NCBI GenBank assembly: GCA_040904565.1
Contig: JBBDTI010000001.1
Location: forward strand, 1 to 40,459
Length of the DNA stretch: 40,459 nt
DNA from: Rhodothermales bacterium
Lineage (GTDB): Bacteria > Bacteroidota > Rhodothermia > Rhodothermales > VXPQ01
Direction of reading: 5' to 3'
Under the pieces are notes generated by a model. That model ran no database searches, had not been told where the DNA came from, and saw nothing but the letters and a program-made list of their open reading frames with translations. The position numbers and the translations under genes are program-made. Shown in pieces: positions 38,700-40,459 of this stretch. How positions within the stretch are numbered: the stretch's first letter is position 1; each line of letters opens with the position of its first letter.

Positions 38700-40384
38700 G
38701 CTATCCGACCCCCGGCGCCTATCAGGAGGCCGTACAGTTTCCCGAATCGGCCTTTACGGATCCCATCCTGCGGGAGGCGGAGCCGGAGGAGACCGTGCTC
38801 GGCCTCCCGCGCGCGATCACGGGGGCCTTCGCCGTCGTCTTTCCCCTCGTCTCGCGCGGCGCGCGGTGGGCCGTAAAGTGCTTCGTGACGGACGTGCGGG
38901 ACCAGGAGTCCAGGTACCGTGCCGTCGCGGAGCATCTCCTGGCGGTGGATCTGTCCTATACCGTGCCGTTCGACTATCAGGAAGGCGGCATCGAGGTAGA
39001 AGGGGAACGCTACCCGATCCTCAAGATGGAATGGATCGAGGCGGAGGCACTGAACGCGTACGTCGCCCGCCACCGTGACGACGAGGGCGCGATGGACGAC
39101 CTGATCGCTCGCTGGCGCAGGATGGTGCAGGCGCTCGAAGAGGCGGAGATCGCGCACGGGGACCTGCAGCACGGGAACGTGCTCGTGGAGGACGACGGCG
39201 GACTCCGGCTCGTGGATTACGACACGATGCTCGTGCCCGCGTTGTGGGGACGGAAGAGTCCGGAGGTGGGCCACCGCAACTATCAGCATCCCGATCGCGA
39301 CGAGCATCATTCCGGTCCGTATCTCGACCGGTTCGCGGCGCTCGTGGTCGACACGGGCCTGCGGGCCGTCGCCGCGCGTCCGGATCTCTGGGAGCGGTAC
39401 GACACGGGCGAAAACCTGCTCTTCCGGTCGTCGGATCTCATCGATCCGGACGGCTCGGCGCTGTTCGAGGAGCTTCACCGCATCGACGCCCTCGCCGATC
39501 AGGTCGACGCCCTCCGCCGCGCCTGTTACCTGCCGCCTGAACAGATCCCGCCGCTGGAGCTCGTCGTGTCGAACGTGGACGTGGTGCCGGACGCACACCG
39601 GCGGGAGACGGTCCCGCGGGAAGAAAAGGACGCCTTCGAGCGGTTCATCTATCCGATCTCGGCCGCGATACTGGCCGTCGTCGCGCTCACGCAGGTGGTC
39701 GATTCCGTCGCCATCGCACTTCTCGTCGCGGTAGTCGGCGTGGCCGGCGTGGGCCTGTGGGGATGGACGCGCTACCGGAAGCTTCCGTTCGTGCACCGGG
39801 CCCGCCGACTCGCGCGCGAAGACGCCTATTTCCAGCAGCTGCTGGGGAGCCTGCGCGACGAGGTGCAGCGGCTGGAGAAACGCAGCCGGGAGACGCTCGA
39901 TTCCCACGCATCGCGCCGAGAGGAGCGGCTCGACGAGCTGCGGGACGAGGCGCTGAACGAGAAGCTGAAGTACCACTTCATCGACGAAGCGGGCGAGTTC
40001 GACGGCATCACGCACAAGGTGATCGTCCGATTGAAGGCCTCCGGCATCCGCACCGCGGAGCACGCCACGCCCGGGGAAGTCGGGGCGATTGTTCAGATGA
40101 GCGACGCGAGCAAGACGCGCGTCAACCTGTGGCGCGCCGGGCTCGTCTCCCAGTACCGCGACGAGGTACCGGACGCACTGTCGCCCGCGGAAGAGCGGCG
40201 CCTGCAGCGCTCGCTCGATCGCGAACTCGAGCAGGTGGACGCCGAGCTCGGGCGTCTGCGCAAGCAGATCAGCCTCCAGGAGGAAGAGCACGCCGAAATC
40301 GCCGAGCGCCGCTCGGAGCTCGACGTGCCGTCGTATGCCGAGTTTCTGTCGGAGTGGCTGCGGCCGTCGAGCTGGACACGTTGA
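38696..40384 (+). CDS. Ser/Thr protein kinase with two TM helices and C-terminal coiled-coil/HhH-like region (YegI-like)
   Basis: GAFAVVF, AVKCF, MEWIE, HGDLQHGNV, LVDYD, two hydrophobic helices, DGITHKVIVRLKASGIRTA. ATGA overlap with the phosphatase. Confidence 0.88.
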   Translation: MSYPTPGAYQEAVQFPESAFTDPILREAEPEETVLGLPRAITGAFAVVFPLVSRGARWAVKCFVTDVRDQESRYRAVAEHLLAVDLSYTVPFDYQEGGIEVEGERYPILKMEWIEAEALNAYVARHRDDEGAMDDLIARWRRMVQALEEAEIAHGDLQHGNVLVEDDGGLRLVDYDTMLVPALWGRKSPEVGHRNYQHPDRDEHHSGPYLDRFAALVVDTGLRAVAARPDLWERYDTGENLLFRSSDLIDPDGSALFEELHRIDALADQVDALRRACYLPPEQIPPLELVVSNVDVVPDAHRRETVPREEKDAFERFIYPISAAILAVVALTQVVDSVAIALLVAVVGVAGVGLWGWTRYRKLPFVHRARRLAREDAYFQQLLGSLRDEVQRLEKRSRETLDSHASRREERLDELRDEALNEKLKYHFIDEAGEFDGITHKVIVRLKASGIRTAEHATPGEVGAIVQMSDASKTRVNLWRAGLVSQYRDEVPDALSPAEERRLQRSLDRELEQVDAELGRLRKQISLQEEEHAEIAERRSELDVPSYAEFLSEWLRPSSWTR

Positions 40385-40409
40385 CACCGCCCGCCGAAAC
40401 ACCTATTGT
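40381..40409 (+). promoter_or_regulatory. Sigma70-like promoter
   Basis: TTGACA (40381-40386)-N17-TATTGT (40404-40409). The -35 overlaps the kinase stop codon. Confidence 0.65.
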
Positions 40410-40459
40410 GCAATTCCCTCTGAGCGGCTGCCACCGGGGACGACCCCACTGAGTGAATC

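Noticed and set aside
37817-40402. 861-aa minus-strand ORF
   Set aside because: Antisense shadow of the GC-rich phosphatase and kinase genes, with no recognisable motifs.
1-40459. CRISPR array or long tandem repeats
   Set aside because: No regularly spaced direct repeats were seen by eye.

Overview
GC-rich bacterial chromosome segment. SusC/SusD, holB-ricT synteny and many lipoproteins suggest the Bacteroidota/Rhodothermota group (inference). It starts with a tRNA-Met(CAT) on the minus strand. A ~33 kb, almost wholly plus-strand catabolic locus follows. It contains a LamG-like lipoprotein, two Tm-1-like/UPF0261 proteins (one with the usual TIM-barrel partner, one coupled to a creatininase-family hydrolase), two DUF1080 proteins, two sulfatases, a planctomycete-type cytochrome c/DUF1549-DUF1553 + DUF1501 pair and an MFS transporter. 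It also carries an alkyl-DHAP-synthase-like FAD oxidoreductase with an Fe-S partner, a ketose 3-epimerase-like protein, a heme-c beta-propeller dehydrogenase, SusC/SusD, an OM beta-barrel, ASPIC/UnbV, TPR and stand-alone TonB-plug proteins, and ends with a GntR/FCD regulator. A TGTATACA palindrome recurs at four promoters, and a ~230 bp promoter/leader is duplicated at ~83% identity, which points to one GntR regulon for an unidentified substrate. After the locus come holB, ricT/PSP1, a translationally coupled vWA-PP2C-kinase (TerY-P/YegLKI-like) triad, and a strong promoter at the window end. All calls come from visual motif recognition; no searches were run.
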